A DNA stretch of 64,000 nucleotides from an uncultured Planctomycetota bacterium. GTDB lineage: Bacteria; Planctomycetota; Planctomycetia; Isosphaerales; Isosphaeraceae. Numbering within the stretch: the first letter of the stretch is position 1; the number at the start of each line of letters is the position of its first letter. The stretch spans positions 704,001-768,000 of the forward strand of contig CAVTTN010000002.1 of the NCBI GenBank assembly GCA_963737655.1, written 5' to 3'. A program made the translations under genes and the position numbers. This document shows, piece by piece, positions 38,955-49,659 of this stretch. A model generated the notes under the pieces. It searched no databases. It was given only the letters and a program-made list of their open reading frames with translations, and was not told the origin of the DNA.

Positions 38955-39937
38955 TCAGCGGTGGCAGGGTTCCGCCTCCGCCCCGGTGGTCGGGGCGGTC
39001 GGCGAAAAGACGGTGGAGAGCCTGGAAGGCCACCCGCCGTCCGAGGCGAAGGCATGGCCGAAGACGAAGGCGAGGGAGGCGGCGACCAGGACCATCGCCA
39101 GGGCCGAGAAGACCCATCGGCGGAGCCGCCCCGGCCCCGTCCGCGACGGCCGCGCCCCCTCGGCCCAGGCAAGTTTGAGCCCGGAATCGCGGACGAACGA
39201 GGCCACGGCCACGGTCCGGGCGACCAGGCCCGGAGGGAGGCCGACCGGCGGCCCGCCCCCCGAACCGGAGCCGAGATCGGGACCGCCCCCCGAGGCCGAG
39301 GCCGAGGCCACGGCCGGCAGCCTCCAGATCAAGAGCGCCGCCAGCGCGATCCCCAGCCGGTCCAGCCTCCCCCGGAGGATCTCCCGGCGCGGGACAGCCG
39401 CCATTTGACCGTCCCGGTCGGGCAGCGGAGGCTCTCGGCGGCCTCGTCGCTGCTCAGGCCCTGCCAGTAGCAGAGCTCGATCGGGCGGCGGTACTTCTCC
39501 GGGAGGCGGGCGACCTCGGCCCGGACGATCGGCCGGAGGTCGGCCAGGTCATCCCGGGTCGGATCCGCCACCAGCCCGAGCTCGACGATCGCCCCTTCGC
39601 GGGCCTTCCTCCGGTCCGACTTCGCCCTGGCCCGACCCGCCACCCGCTCCGCCACCCGGGCCAGCCATGCCCCGAGGCTCGCCGTTTCCCGGATCGTGGC
39701 CGCCCGGTCCACCAGGACGAGGAAGGTCGCCTGGAACGCGTCCTCGACCTCCGACTCGTCCCGGACCCACTCGCGGCACTTCCGGAGGACCCGAGGCCCG
39801 TGCCGGACGATCAAAGCCTCGAACGCCTCCGCGTCCTTCTCGGCCACGAAACGGGCCAGGAGCAGGCCGTCGGGCTCCTCCGAGATCGGCTCGGCGGCGA
39901 CTCTCGGGGCGAATTTCGGGACGGGGGAGCGGGACAT
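38955..39937 (-). CDS. ECF sigma factor with C-terminal extension (apparent frameshift ~39385)
   Basis: DGLLLARF, AFEALIVRHGPRV, EDAFQATFLVL, LPEKYRRPIELCYWQG, GTVKWRLSR; continues REILRGRLDRLG with hydrophobic segments. Confidence 0.85.
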
Positions 39938-40106
39938 GGGGACCTCCTCGCCAGACGCCGGTCGGTCGGCAGGCCATCGAGGATCGCCGCGGAGCCGCCG
40001 GAGTCATCCCGGAGGGGCCGTGATCCGTCGGGCCTCGCCTTCCGGAGTGCCCGGACCGGGCCTCGCGGTTGGATGTTTCCTTCAAATCGTCGCCGGACGC
40101 CGGTTC

Positions 40107-40766
40107 CTACGCCCGGGCGGCCGGCTTCGGCCGGCTCGCGTTCCAAAAAGCCACGGCGATCCCCCCGCCGACCAGGCCCACGACGATCGCGGCCAGCGAG
40201 TGGCCGACGGTCAGGAAGTCGATCCGCGATCGTTCGCCGACGTCGAGCCGGTCGATCGTCACCCATTCGTCGAACTGGGCCGCGAAGTTATCGTAATGAA
40301 TTTTGATGCGTTCATCGGAGACCTCGACGATCGTGCTCGGCCAGTATTGATTGCCCCAGAACGTCCTCACGGCCGATCCGGGCTGGAGCGCCCGGGTCTG
40401 GTCCCGGAGCCCGGCCAGGAATTCGAGCAAGGGAACCGTCAGGAAGCTCGGGCCGACCGCGCCACGAGGGGCCGCGGTCGGGCCGGGGTTCGGCCGGTCG
40501 GCGAGGACCGTGGAGCCGGGGCCGAAGATCAGGAGGAGGTACGCCCCGCTGAACGTCGCAAACCCGGCGTACGATGCGCGATGCCCCTCCGGGGCGAACG
40601 CCGCCCCCATCGCGGCGGACAGCGAGGCGATCACCGCCAGCGAGAAGCCGGCGGACGCCCACCACGGATCGGCCAGCCGGAGGCCCGCCAGCCCGAGGCC
40701 GACCAGGACGACCAGGCCGATCGAGCCGGCGAGCGTCAGGCGAATCCTCGGCCTCGGCTTCGGCAT
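40107..40766 (-). CDS. Membrane protein with a Tudor/chromo-barrel-like insert
   Basis: Four hydrophobic segments plus WGNQYWPSTIVEV...IKIHYDNFAAQFDEWV. Confidence 0.7.
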   Translation of the reverse strand: MPKPRPRIRLTLAGSIGLVVLVGLGLAGLRLADPWWASAGFSLAVIASLSAAMGAAFAPEGHRASYAGFATFSGAYLLLIFGPGSTVLADRPNPGPTAAPRGAVGPSFLTVPLLEFLAGLRDQTRALQPGSAVRTFWGNQYWPSTIVEVSDERIKIHYDNFAAQFDEWVTIDRLDVGERSRIDFLTVGHSLAAIVVGLVGGGIAVAFWNASRPKPAARA

Positions 40767-40798
40767 CGGGTCCGCTCCTCCCGACCTCGCCCGGGCCC

Positions 40799-42699
40799 TC
40801 AGAACTTCGACTTCGGCTTGGTCTTGGACTTCGGCACGGCCGGGGCGCGCCGACCCGTTCCACCAGCGCGTCCCAGACGTTCTTGGCGTGGACCTTCACG
40901 CCGAAATCCGGGTCGGGCGGCAGGTCGCGCATCGCCTTGAGCGTGTCCATCCCGCCGACTTCCTTGAGGATGTCCAAAGCCTTGCGCCTCATGTGCGGGT
41001 CGGCGTTGGAGAGCAAGGGGATCAGGGCCGGCTCGGCGGCCGTCCCATACGCCTTGAGCGCGTCCTCGGCCTCGAACTGGTGCTCCTTCAAGGCCGAGGC
41101 GAGCGCGTCGAGGGCCCGGGGGTCCTTGATCTTGCCGAGCGTCTTGATCGCCTGGGAACCCACGAACCCGCGGTTGTCGTCGATCCGGGCGATCAGGGCC
41201 GGGACGACCTCGGGCGTCTGCCAGGTGCCCAGCGCCTTGATCACGTCGCTCACGAAGAAGCCGTCGTCGTCGTCGAGCAGGGGGAGCAGGGCGCGGACGA
41301 CCTCCTCCCGCCGGTCGGTCGGAAACGTGCGTTCCAGGCGCTTGACGGCCTCTTTCTTCTTGAAGTCATCGCCGCCCTGGAGTTGCAGGAGCGACTTGGT
41401 GACCGGGTCGGCATCGGCGGGGATCACCGGCTCGGCGGGCCTCGGGCGATTGGCGTTGGGCCGGCCCCCGCCCGCGCCCGCGTTGCCGCCCCCGAAGCCC
41501 GGAGGGGCGGCCTGGGCGATCGCCTGCTTCTCTTCCTGCTTCTGCTTGTAAGAGGCGATCTCCTCGGTGGAGATCGAGTCGGGCCGCGCCTCCAGGACGA
41601 TCACCCGGCCCCGGATGCCCCGGACCTTGGCGAAATTCACCCTCGCGGCGAATGCCTTGATGTCGCTGACCGGGCCGAACCGGGTCGTCATGCGATCGCC
41701 GACGCTGGTCATCGACCCGCCGTTGACCGGGGCGTCGGCCAGGTCCTGGATCTTGGCCTCCAGGGCCTTCATCGCGTCTCCGGTCGGCGACTTGAGGACG
41801 ACCACGGTAATCAGCCCCATCGGGGCCGACCCCAGCGTCATCTTCGCCTTCACCCGGTCGATCTCGGCCATGAAGACGGCCGCCTGCGCCGCCTTGCCGG
41901 GCACCTGCATCTTCTGGCCCACGGCATGGAGCCGATCGAACACCGCGTCGATGTCGCCCTGGACCCTCTTGCGGAGCTCGACCAGCTCGGCCGTCGTCAG
42001 GTTGAACAGGGTCAGGGCCCGGGCGTCGATCTGCGCCTCCCTCGCCTGGATGTTGTTCATCTGATTGACCAGGGCCTGCGGGTTGGCATTCCCCTGGACG
42101 GCCCCGTCCAGCAAGCTGGCCACCTCGTTCAACAAGGCAATCTTTTCGCGGAAGACCTGTTCATGGGCCGAAAGGTCGCGGATCGACCCGCCGGTCGCCT
42201 CCTCGGCCACCGGCCCGCCCATGTCCTCGTTGGCCTTGCGGGCGATCTGGGTGACCTCGAGGGCCTCCTTGCCGGTCTGGATCAGGGGCAGGATCACGGC
42301 CGAGACCACGATCGCCAGCACCCCCACGCCCACGACGCTCGCCACGGCAACCCACACCCACTTCGGCAACCCGTCGCCCCCGCCTCCGCCGCCACCGCCG
42401 GAAGGCCGGGGACGGGGCCGGGCCGAGGACGGGGCCTCGAACGACGGCGCCGCCGACGTCTCGTCGAAGTCGTCCAGGGGCTCGTCGGCCGCCTCGTCGC
42501 CGAAGAGCTGCCGGAGCGCCGGGTCGGGGCCCTTCGGCTTCGGAGGGCCGGCCCCCGGAGACGCCGCCGAACTCATCGTCCGCGGCACCGGGATCTTCAT
42601 CTCCGCCCCGCACGACTTGCATCGGGCCTTCTTCCCCGCGTGCTTGTCGGGCAGGTCGTATTTCAGGCCGCAGCCGGGGCAGGTCATCCGGATCGGCAT
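40799..42699 (-). CDS. Zn-ribbon, TM and HEAT-repeat protein
   Basis: CPGCG...CKSCG, a TM helix, HEAT-like repeats (IKALG, VPALI, AIKTLGKIKD). Probable true end ...PKSKTKPKSKF* at 40799 after an indel ~40845. Confidence 0.8.
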
Positions 42700-43408
42700 C
42701 GGCGCGGACCCTCTCTTGATCCAGGGTTGATCAAAAGTCTTCGGACCACTCGGGGAGAGCGAGGCGAGGGACGGCGATCATCGCCCATCTTGACCCAATC
42801 GGGGGCGGTCCGCAATCCCCCGCCCCGACGGCCCCGAAATCGTTCGGTCGAGGCCGTCCCTCCATCGAATATGTCTTGCATCCTTGTCATCACGATGCTT
42901 CGTCGGCCGACGAACCGGCGGGCCTTAAATCCAGGATCCTTGATTCAACAATCTGCGTAATTTGCGTAATCTGAGATTGCAAAAGGTTCGTTCCGGATTC
43001 CCATTTGTTGGCATTTTAGGAAAATGTATTATGAATCGCATTCTAGGTCACTGATCGAAAAAGTTGACGACACAATCGACGAACTGGACAACACTTTTTG
43101 GCCAAAAACTCCGAAATGGGCGGAAATCCGGCCGTCTGGCGCTGCGCACCTGGTGCGCACATCGACCGAATCCACACGCTTTCCTATTTTACGTCATTTG
43201 GCCCAACCACCGGGCCATGAAGGACTTGCAGGAACGGGCCATCGCTCAAAAACGAAGGAATCCGGCGTCTAAACCCCCGACAATTCGCGTCGTTCGCGGG
43301 GCCGGCGCACGACCCGGGGATGTCGAGGTCGAGACGGACGATCGAGAATGGGTGATCGCGGGGGCCGGGCCCTCGCGATGATGAACTCCGACGGAACGAG
43401 CTTCGGAC

Positions 43409-44307
43409 TCATCGGCCGGCGACGGTCGGCGAGCGAAACGCGCCGATCAGGAGCCGCGATTCCGGGTGAGCGACCTTCCAGTCGCCCCAGGAGACGGCCG
43501 ACGCCCGAGCCAGGCGAGGCAGGAGCTCGCCCTTGTGACTCCCCGAAACCGCACGCAAACCCGTCGCCTCGGCGCTCCAGAAACTCTCCGTCCGCCGATC
43601 GAACAGCAGCGGGTTGCCGTCGATCAAATAGCCAGAATACGCCAAAATCAGCCGTTGATCCGTCCGAGCGGGATCGAAGATCTCGACGGCGACGTCATCC
43701 GGGACGAACGGGGTGAAGACGATGACGATCGGCCGATCCTTGACGATGTCGTTGACGACCAGGACCTTGCCGAGGATCTTCAGGGGGTACGCCAGGCGGA
43801 CTCCCTCGATCTCGGCGACGGCCACGACATCGCCGGACGGCACCTTGTCCCAGGTCGAGCCGCCGGCGCCTTCATGCATGGGCCAATCGATGGGGCGGAC
43901 GGTATCGCGGCCCCGGGCGTGCGAGAGGCGGGCCGGGTCGATCTCGCCGCGGGCTAGCCGGAACCATTGGTGCTTGTTGGCCTTGCGATCCCAGCCGGCC
44001 CAGAGCAGGGTGCGGTCCCCCTCGTCATGGCACCAGTTGGCGGGCATCTTCGCGTAGTTCGGCTGGGGGCTGACCTCGTCGTAATCGATGGTCCGGCTGG
44101 CTTCCTCTTCCACCCACGCCCGCTTCAAGCTCTGGTATTCCCGCCACAACCGGGGGAACTGCAAGCCGACGAACCCCAGGGCGATGGCCAGGCAGAGCAG
44201 GGCCACGGGCCGCGAGAGGGTCAACGTCAGGGCGCCTCGTCGTCGGGAACCGGGGCCGAAGTCGCCTCCGGGGCAGGCCCGGCGGGATCGGCATCTTCGG
44301 AACGCAT
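43409..44307 (-). CDS. DUF3179-domain protein
   Basis: GRDTVRPID, AYPLKIL...VVND, YSGYL...LLFDRRTESFWS, WGDWKVAHPES. RBS-preceded ATG 44307 needs an indel at ~44230. Confidence 0.75.
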
Positions 44308-44422
44308 CGCAACCTCCCCCCGGATTCTCCGGGATCGGCGGACGCCATTCGAGGCCAAACTTCGGGGCGATCTGTCGGTCGGTCGGCCCGTTATGACGCA
44401 CCCGGGGGGTGAAGTCAACGAC

Positions 44423-44654
44423 GCAGTGGGCAGTGGACCGAGCAGTGGGCAGTGGACCGAGCAGTGGGCAGTGGGCAGTGGGCAGTGGGCAGAGAAGATG
44501 AGGAATATCGAAGGATCGCGACCCCTGCAGGTGCGCTTCCTTGACACTGAGCTTCCCCGACTTCTCTGCCCACTGCCCACTGCCCACTGCCCACTGCCCA
44601 CTGCTCGGTCCACTGCCCACTGCTCGGTCCACTGCCCACTATCTGGTCCACTGC
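44423..44654. repeat. Long inverted repeat made of CAGTGGG heptamers
   Basis: Arms 44423-44497 and 44561-44640 are reverse complements differing by one heptamer unit; 63-bp spacer. Confidence 0.92.
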
Positions 44655-46658
44655 TCATCCCATCTGCCCGGCTTCCATCTCTCCGGTGGCAAACTGGTTG
44701 AATTCGACGTACTGGATGTGCCGGTAGAGCTTGCTGTGGGCGTGGACTTCTCGGGGGGGTCCGTAGGCTTCGACCCGGCCGTTGTGGAGGACGAGGACCT
44801 TGTCGCATCGCAGGATCGTCGAGCGGCGGTGGGGCAGGAACAGGACGGTCCGGCTCGCGGCGAGGCGATCGACGGTGTCGTCGATCATGTGCTTGGTATC
44901 CTCGTCCATCGAGACGTCCGGCTCTTCGAGGATCACGATCGAGGGGTCGTGGAGGAAGGCGCGGGCCAGGGCGATCCGATATTGCTCGTGGGGTCCGAGG
45001 TAATGCCCGAGACTGCCGATGGGCGTGTCGTACCCGTCGGGCAGATCCTGGATAAAGTGGTGGGCATGGGCGATCTTGGCCGCCTCGATGATCCGAGGCA
45101 GGCCGTAGCTCGGGTCGCCCAGGCCGATGTTGGCGAAGATGGTGTCGTTGAAGACCAGGTCGGCCTGGAGGACCATCGAGACCTGAGCCCGGAGCGATTC
45201 GAGGGTCACGTCGCGGAGGTCCAGGCCGTCGATCCGGACTCGTCCCTGCTTCGGGTCGATCAGGCGGGGGATCAGGCAAGCCAGGGCGTATTTGCTGGCC
45301 TCGTCCAGGCTGAGGATGGCCGTCCTGGACCGTGCGGGGATCTCCAGCGACACGCCCGAGAGCAGAGGCCGGCCGTTGGGGCCGTCCAGCGACACGTTCT
45401 CGAAGCCGATCCGATCCTTGATCGGCGCCAGGAATTGCGCCCGACGGTCTGCTGGAGGTCCGGGCGCTGCTCCAGGTATTCGAACAGGGCCTCGGCCGAC
45501 CTCCCGGCCTGGCGAAGCGTCTTGCGGAGATCCAGCCACGCGCCGAGAGGCCCGGTCATCCCCACCGCCACGCCGAGCAAGACCGCCGCCCCGGCCGGAG
45601 ACAGCCGGCTTCGGAACACGAGGTAACCGAGCAACCCCAAGGCGATCGCGGCGGCCATCCCTCGGATCAGCAGGACCCCCGGGGCCGGGCTGACCTCGGC
45701 GCGGAGCCTCCGGGCGTCGGCTTCCTGGTAGCGTCCGAGGTGCTCGTCGAACCTCTGGCGGTCGATCTCTTCCATCCCGTGGACCCGGACGGTCCGCAGC
45801 ATGGCGAGGTCTTCCTGGAGGAGCAGGAGCCTCACGGCGGCATCGCGAGCCGCCGCCTCGGCGTCCTCGGCCGCCCGTTTCAGGACGGGCCGCTCCACCA
45901 GGTTCACCAGGGCCGCCAGGGCCACCAGAAAGACCGTGGCTTGCCACGACACGACCAGGCCGATCACCAGAAGGCCCACGGCCAGGGTCGGGATCGACCA
46001 CGAGCGCTCCAGGTCGGCGAGCAGGCCGAGGCGAACTTCGTTGACGTCCCGGGCGAAGAGGTCGGCCGCCGGGCCCGTGCCCTCGCCCGGGAGGGCCGAC
46101 CGGCCGAGCCGATATATCTGCCGGTGGAGCTGATGGCGGAGGGACCACGCCGCCGATCCCGCCGCATCGGCCGCCTTCGCCCGACAGGCCGCATGCGCGT
46201 AGGCAATCCCGAGCAACAACGCAAGTGCAATCGCGATCAGGGTTTGCAATGCGCCAAGATCCGTTCGCAGGAGCGGGACCCGGCGGATCACCTGGCCGAA
46301 GGCCCGGGCCAATCCTTGATGGATCGGGTTCTTCGACTCCCGATCGGCCTCGACCAGCGGGTAGAGGCCCGTATTGGAGATGACCAGCGGACGGCTCACC
46401 TCGCCGGGAACCTGGTGAAGCTCGTGGATCCGATAATACAACCACGCGGGCGTGCCCCGGTGAGCGATCGTCGCGACTCGCTCGCCGGTGAGCCGGGTCA
46501 TCCCGGACGAGGCGCACAAGGCCACGAGCAATCCCATGATCACCAGCAAGCCCAGGAGCAGCAGGGCCCGCATCACGGCCAGACCCCTCGCCATCCAGAC
46601 CGCCCCGGATCGGGCGCTCGATCAGCTTGCGGGCTCGGCGGTAAGCGGCCGGAAACAT
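44655..46658 (-). CDS. ABC transporter, TM plus degenerate ATP-binding domain (apparent frameshifts ~46590, ~45440)
   Basis: TM region, then IGFENVSL, IDGLDLR..TLESLRAQV, LPDGYDT.IG, RIALARAFL. Walker A, signature and Walker B are degenerate. Confidence 0.8.
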   Translation of the reverse strand: MFPAAYRRARKLIERPIRGGLDGEGSGRDAGPAAPGLAGDHGIARGLVRLVRDDPAHRRASRDDRSPGHARVVVLSDPRASPGSRRGEPSAGHLQYGPLPAGRGRSGVEEPDPSRIGPGLRPGDPPGPAPANGSWRIANPDRDCTCVVARDCLRACGLSGEGGRCGGIGGVVPPPSAPPADISARPVGPPGRGHGPGGRPLRPGRQRSSPRPARRPGALVVDPDPGRGPSGDRPGRVVASHGLSGGPGGPGEPGGAARPETGGRGRRGGGSRCRREAPAPPGRPRHAADRPGPRDGRDRPPEVRRAPRTLPGSRRPEAPRRGQPGPGGPADPRDGRRDRLGVARLPRVPKPAVSGRGGGLARRGGGDDRASRRVAGSPQDASPGREVGRGPVRIPGAAPGPPADRRAQFLAPIKDRIGFENVSLDGPNGRPLLSGVSLEIPARSRTAILSLDEASKYALACLIPRLIDPKQGRVRIDGLDLRDVTLESLRAQVSMVLQADLVFNDTIFANIGLGDPSYGLPRIIEAAKIAHAHHFIQDLPDGYDTPIGSLGHYLGPHEQYRIALARAFLHDPSIVILEEPDVSMDEDTKHMIDDTVDRLAASRTVLFLPHRRSTILRCDKVLVLHNGRVEAYGPPREVHAHSKLYRHIQYVEFNQFATGEMEAGQMG

Positions 46659-46682
46659 GCGGGGCCTCTTGCACGTAAAAAA

Positions 46683-46733
46683 AGTGGGCAGTGGGCAGTG
46701 GGCAGTGGGCAGAAAGCAGTGGGCGGTGGGCAG
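46683..46733 (+). repeat. CAGTGGG heptamer tandem repeat
   Basis: agtgggcagtgggcagtgggcagtgggcagaaagcagtgggcggtgggcag; same family as 44423-44654. Confidence 0.85.
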
Positions 46734-46896
46734 GGCCATTTTCGATGGGGCCGGGCCGGACTCGATCCTCGGTCTTCCCCGCCCGGGCATCAGGACTGGG
46801 TCAAAAAGAAGAAGGACACCGAGAGTACACAAAGACGGCCTTTGTGCTACCCTCCGTGTCCTTCGTGGGGATCGATGCGCGATTCGGCGATCGGGC

Positions 46897-47724
46897 TCAG
46901 GCCACGTCGCGATTCTCGAAGAGGAGGAACGCGAAGAGCAGGGCCGCTCCACTATACAACGCGCAGTAGCCCATCGACGGCAGGACGTAGGCGACCCAGG
47001 GGATTTTCGAGCCGGTGGAGATCGCCGGCCCGGTGTTGAAGAACTCCAGGCTGGGCAGGGCCCAGGCGAACAGCTTGGCCATGAACTTGACCAGCTCGTT
47101 GACCGACGCCCCCGCCTCATTCGTCTTATCCACCAGCACTTGCGACATGTGCCCGAGGAAGAAGATCGTGATGCAGACGACCAGGTTGACCAGCATCGGC
47201 ATCCGCGTGGAGATCGCCAGGCTGATGCTGGCCAGGATCGTGACCTCCATGAACCCCAGGACCAGCCCCGGCACGATCTGCCAGACGTGGGCCACCTTCT
47301 TGGCGAATTCCTCTGTCGTCCCGGCCGACTCCTTCATGTCGTAGTCGGCCTTGAAATACGTCCCGGCCATCATCAGCAGGCCGAGCAAGAGGAACATCGC
47401 CAGGACGCCGCCCTCGATCCCCAGGAACTTGCCCACGATGAACTGACGCCGGTTGATCGGCTTGGACAGCAGGGTGACCGCCGTCTTCCCCTCGATCTCC
47501 TCGGCCACCGTCGAACTCGACGTCAACAGCGCCAGGATCAGCGTGATGAAGGTCACGGTCGCCAGGCCCGTGTCCTTGTACATCTTGATGTCTTCGTTGA
47601 ACGTGTAGTACGGCAGGAAGATCGTGACCACCAGCACGAGCAATCCCAGGCCGCCCAGGACCAGGAACGCCGGCTGGCGGATCGCTTCCAGGGCGGTCGC
47701 CCGAGCAATGGTGAGGGTCTTCAT
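46897..47724 (-). CDS. ABC-2 type transporter permease
   Basis: EEIEGKTAVTLLSKPINRRQFIVGKFLG; six TM segments. Confidence 0.9.
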   Translation of the reverse strand: MKTLTIARATALEAIRQPAFLVLGGLGLLVLVVTIFLPYYTFNEDIKMYKDTGLATVTFITLILALLTSSSTVAEEIEGKTAVTLLSKPINRRQFIVGKFLGIEGGVLAMFLLLGLLMMAGTYFKADYDMKESAGTTEEFAKKVAHVWQIVPGLVLGFMEVTILASISLAISTRMPMLVNLVVCITIFFLGHMSQVLVDKTNEAGASVNELVKFMAKLFAWALPSLEFFNTGPAISTGSKIPWVAYVLPSMGYCALYSGAALLFAFLLFENRDVA

Positions 47725-47811
47725 GGGTCGGACGCTTCGTTTCGCCAGGAGAAGGGAAGGATTACGCCGGTCGATCGATTCGGGCGCGCGGATCGGCGCC
47801 CCGGATAGGCT

Positions 47812-48090
47812 CTAGTAACGAATCGAGAAGCCCGAAGGTTCGACCGATTCCGGAGAAATCGCCGAACTCGTCGCCCCACCGATCAACCCCGAGAATTCCC
47901 GGTCGATCGCCCCCAGGAAGGCGTCGAGCTCCGCCTCCGCGCCCCGGGCCACCAGCTCGACCGTCCGATCGGGCAAATTCCGCACAAAACCGCTCACCGC
48001 GAATCCATTCGCGAGTCGAGCGGCCGTCGCGCGGAACCCCACGCCCTGGACCCGGCCTTCGTAAATCACCCGTCGGGCCGATTCGTTCAT
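47812..48090 (-). CDS. acyP: Acylphosphatase
   Basis: GRVQGVGFR, GFVRNLPD..VE, FSIRY. Confidence 0.95.
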   Translation of the reverse strand: MNESARRVIYEGRVQGVGFRATAARLANGFAVSGFVRNLPDRTVELVARGAEAELDAFLGAIDREFSGLIGGATSSAISPESVEPSGFSIRY

Positions 48091-48298
48091 GAACCTAGTG
48101 TAACTGGCGAAATTGGGTCGGGGCAAGACGGCCCGAAGATCGATCCCGGGGCGGTTCGCTTCGCGACGGTGGAGAAATTCCTGGGAGGAACGGGTCCCGG
48201 CTTCAAGAACCGAGACGGACAGACCGGGGTTTCGAAGACGGAACCCGTGCCAACTAAAATGTTTGCGGCCTCTCGGCCTGGAATCGGCCCTGGCCCGG

Positions 48299-48937
48299 TC
48301 AAGGCGTCGTCTTGATCGCGATGTTGCGGAATTTGACGGGTTCGCTGTGCGACTGGAGCCCGATATAGCCTTCGGGGCGTTTGATGCCGGGGTGGGTGGC
48401 CTCGGCGTCGGCGTGGTCCTTCAGGTCGGTCTCGACGACCAGGTTGCCGTTGATCTTGACCGAGACCTTGGACCCCGTCGCGGTGATCTCCATCGCGTTC
48501 CACTGGCCGGCGGGCTTGACCGATCCCCGCTTCGCGGCCGACACGCCGTAGACCGAACCGCAGTACTGGTAAGGCTTCAGGTCCTTGTACCGTTCGGAGT
48601 CGTCGTCGAGCACCTGGATCTCCATCCCGGTGTAGGCGGGATCGCCGGAGTGGGGCGAGCGGATGAAGACGCCGGAGTTGCCCCCCGGTTCGAGGAGGAA
48701 TTCCAGCTTCACGGTGAAATCGCCGTAAGTCTTGACCGTGCTGAGCCATCCACCGCCCTCACCCTTCGTGACGAGGACGCCGTCCTCGATGACCCAGTTG
48801 CCGGACTTGCCGCCGACGGACTCCCATCCGGTCAGGGTCTTGCCGTCGAACAGGGGGGTGAAGCCGTCGTCGGCCGCTCGGGCCAGGGCCCCGGAAAAAA
48901 TCAGGGCGGCGAGCGGGAGGGTCGCGGAACGTCGCAT
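48299..48937 (-). CDS. DUF1080 (3-keto-disaccharide hydrolase-like) secreted protein
   Basis: LFDGKTLTGW, GNSGVFIR, EIQVLDD, GQWN, GYIGLQSH, FRNI. Confidence 0.92.
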   Translation of the reverse strand: MRRSATLPLAALIFSGALARAADDGFTPLFDGKTLTGWESVGGKSGNWVIEDGVLVTKGEGGGWLSTVKTYGDFTVKLEFLLEPGGNSGVFIRSPHSGDPAYTGMEIQVLDDDSERYKDLKPYQYCGSVYGVSAAKRGSVKPAGQWNAMEITATGSKVSVKINGNLVVETDLKDHADAEATHPGIKRPEGYIGLQSHSEPVKFRNIAIKTTP

Positions 48938-49213
48938 GGATACGGGCCTCGCGGTCTGCGGATCTCGGGGGAGGACGCGCGATTTTGACGCGCCGGAGCC
49001 GGCCATTCCAGGGGTCTCTGAAGCGGGGGAATCGGGCCGACGGGCCGGTCGATGACATTCGCGACGCCGGGTCTCGCCGATGTCAACCTCGGGTCCTCGC
49101 GAAATCGGCGGCGCGGTTCCCGATGGGCGCGGGGTCGCCCAGCCGTTACCATGCCTTCCCGGATGTCGGCCCGGACAGGACCCGGGCGGCGGCGAGGCGG
49201 AGAGACCGGACCG

Positions 49214-49633
49214 ATGGATCGACCCCCCACCATCCTCCTCGTCGAGGACGAGAACGGCCTGAGGACGCTCGTCGCCCAGTTCCTGAGGTCGGCCGAGTAC
49301 GCCGTGGTCGAGGCGGCCGACGGCCCCGAGGGCGTCGCCCGGTTCGCCGATAGCGGGCCCTTCGACCTGGCCCTGCTCGACGTGAACCTGCCGGGATACT
49401 GCGGGGTGGAGGTCTGCCGGAGGATCAAGACCCAGAGCCCCGAGCAGCGCGTCCTGGTCTGCTCGGCGGCGATCGTCCGGGAGACCGAAGACGCCTTCCT
49501 GGCCATGGGCGTCGATCGATTCTTGACCAAGCCGTACCATCCCGAGGTCCTGCTGGCGCACATCGCCCGTTTGCTCCGCCCGCCTCGGCCCGTGCCCGGC
49601 CCGAGCTTCCTGCCCGGGTCGCTGCTGGTCTGA
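49214..49633 (+). CDS. Single-domain response regulator
   Basis: ILLVEDE, DLALLDVNLPG, FLTKPY. Confidence 0.9.
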   Translation: MDRPPTILLVEDENGLRTLVAQFLRSAEYAVVEAADGPEGVARFADSGPFDLALLDVNLPGYCGVEVCRRIKTQSPEQRVLVCSAAIVRETEDAFLAMGVDRFLTKPYHPEVLLAHIARLLRPPRPVPGPSFLPGSLLV

Positions 49634-49659
49634 AACCAACCCCCGGGGGGGCTTCCGGC

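Noticed and set aside
43024..43381. Short ORFs 43024..43272 and 43064..43381
   Set aside because: Atypical codon usage and no recognisable motifs; treated as non-coding.
44423..44654. Possible CRISPR array
   Set aside because: Tandem heptamers without unique spacers, arranged as inverted arms; no cas genes.
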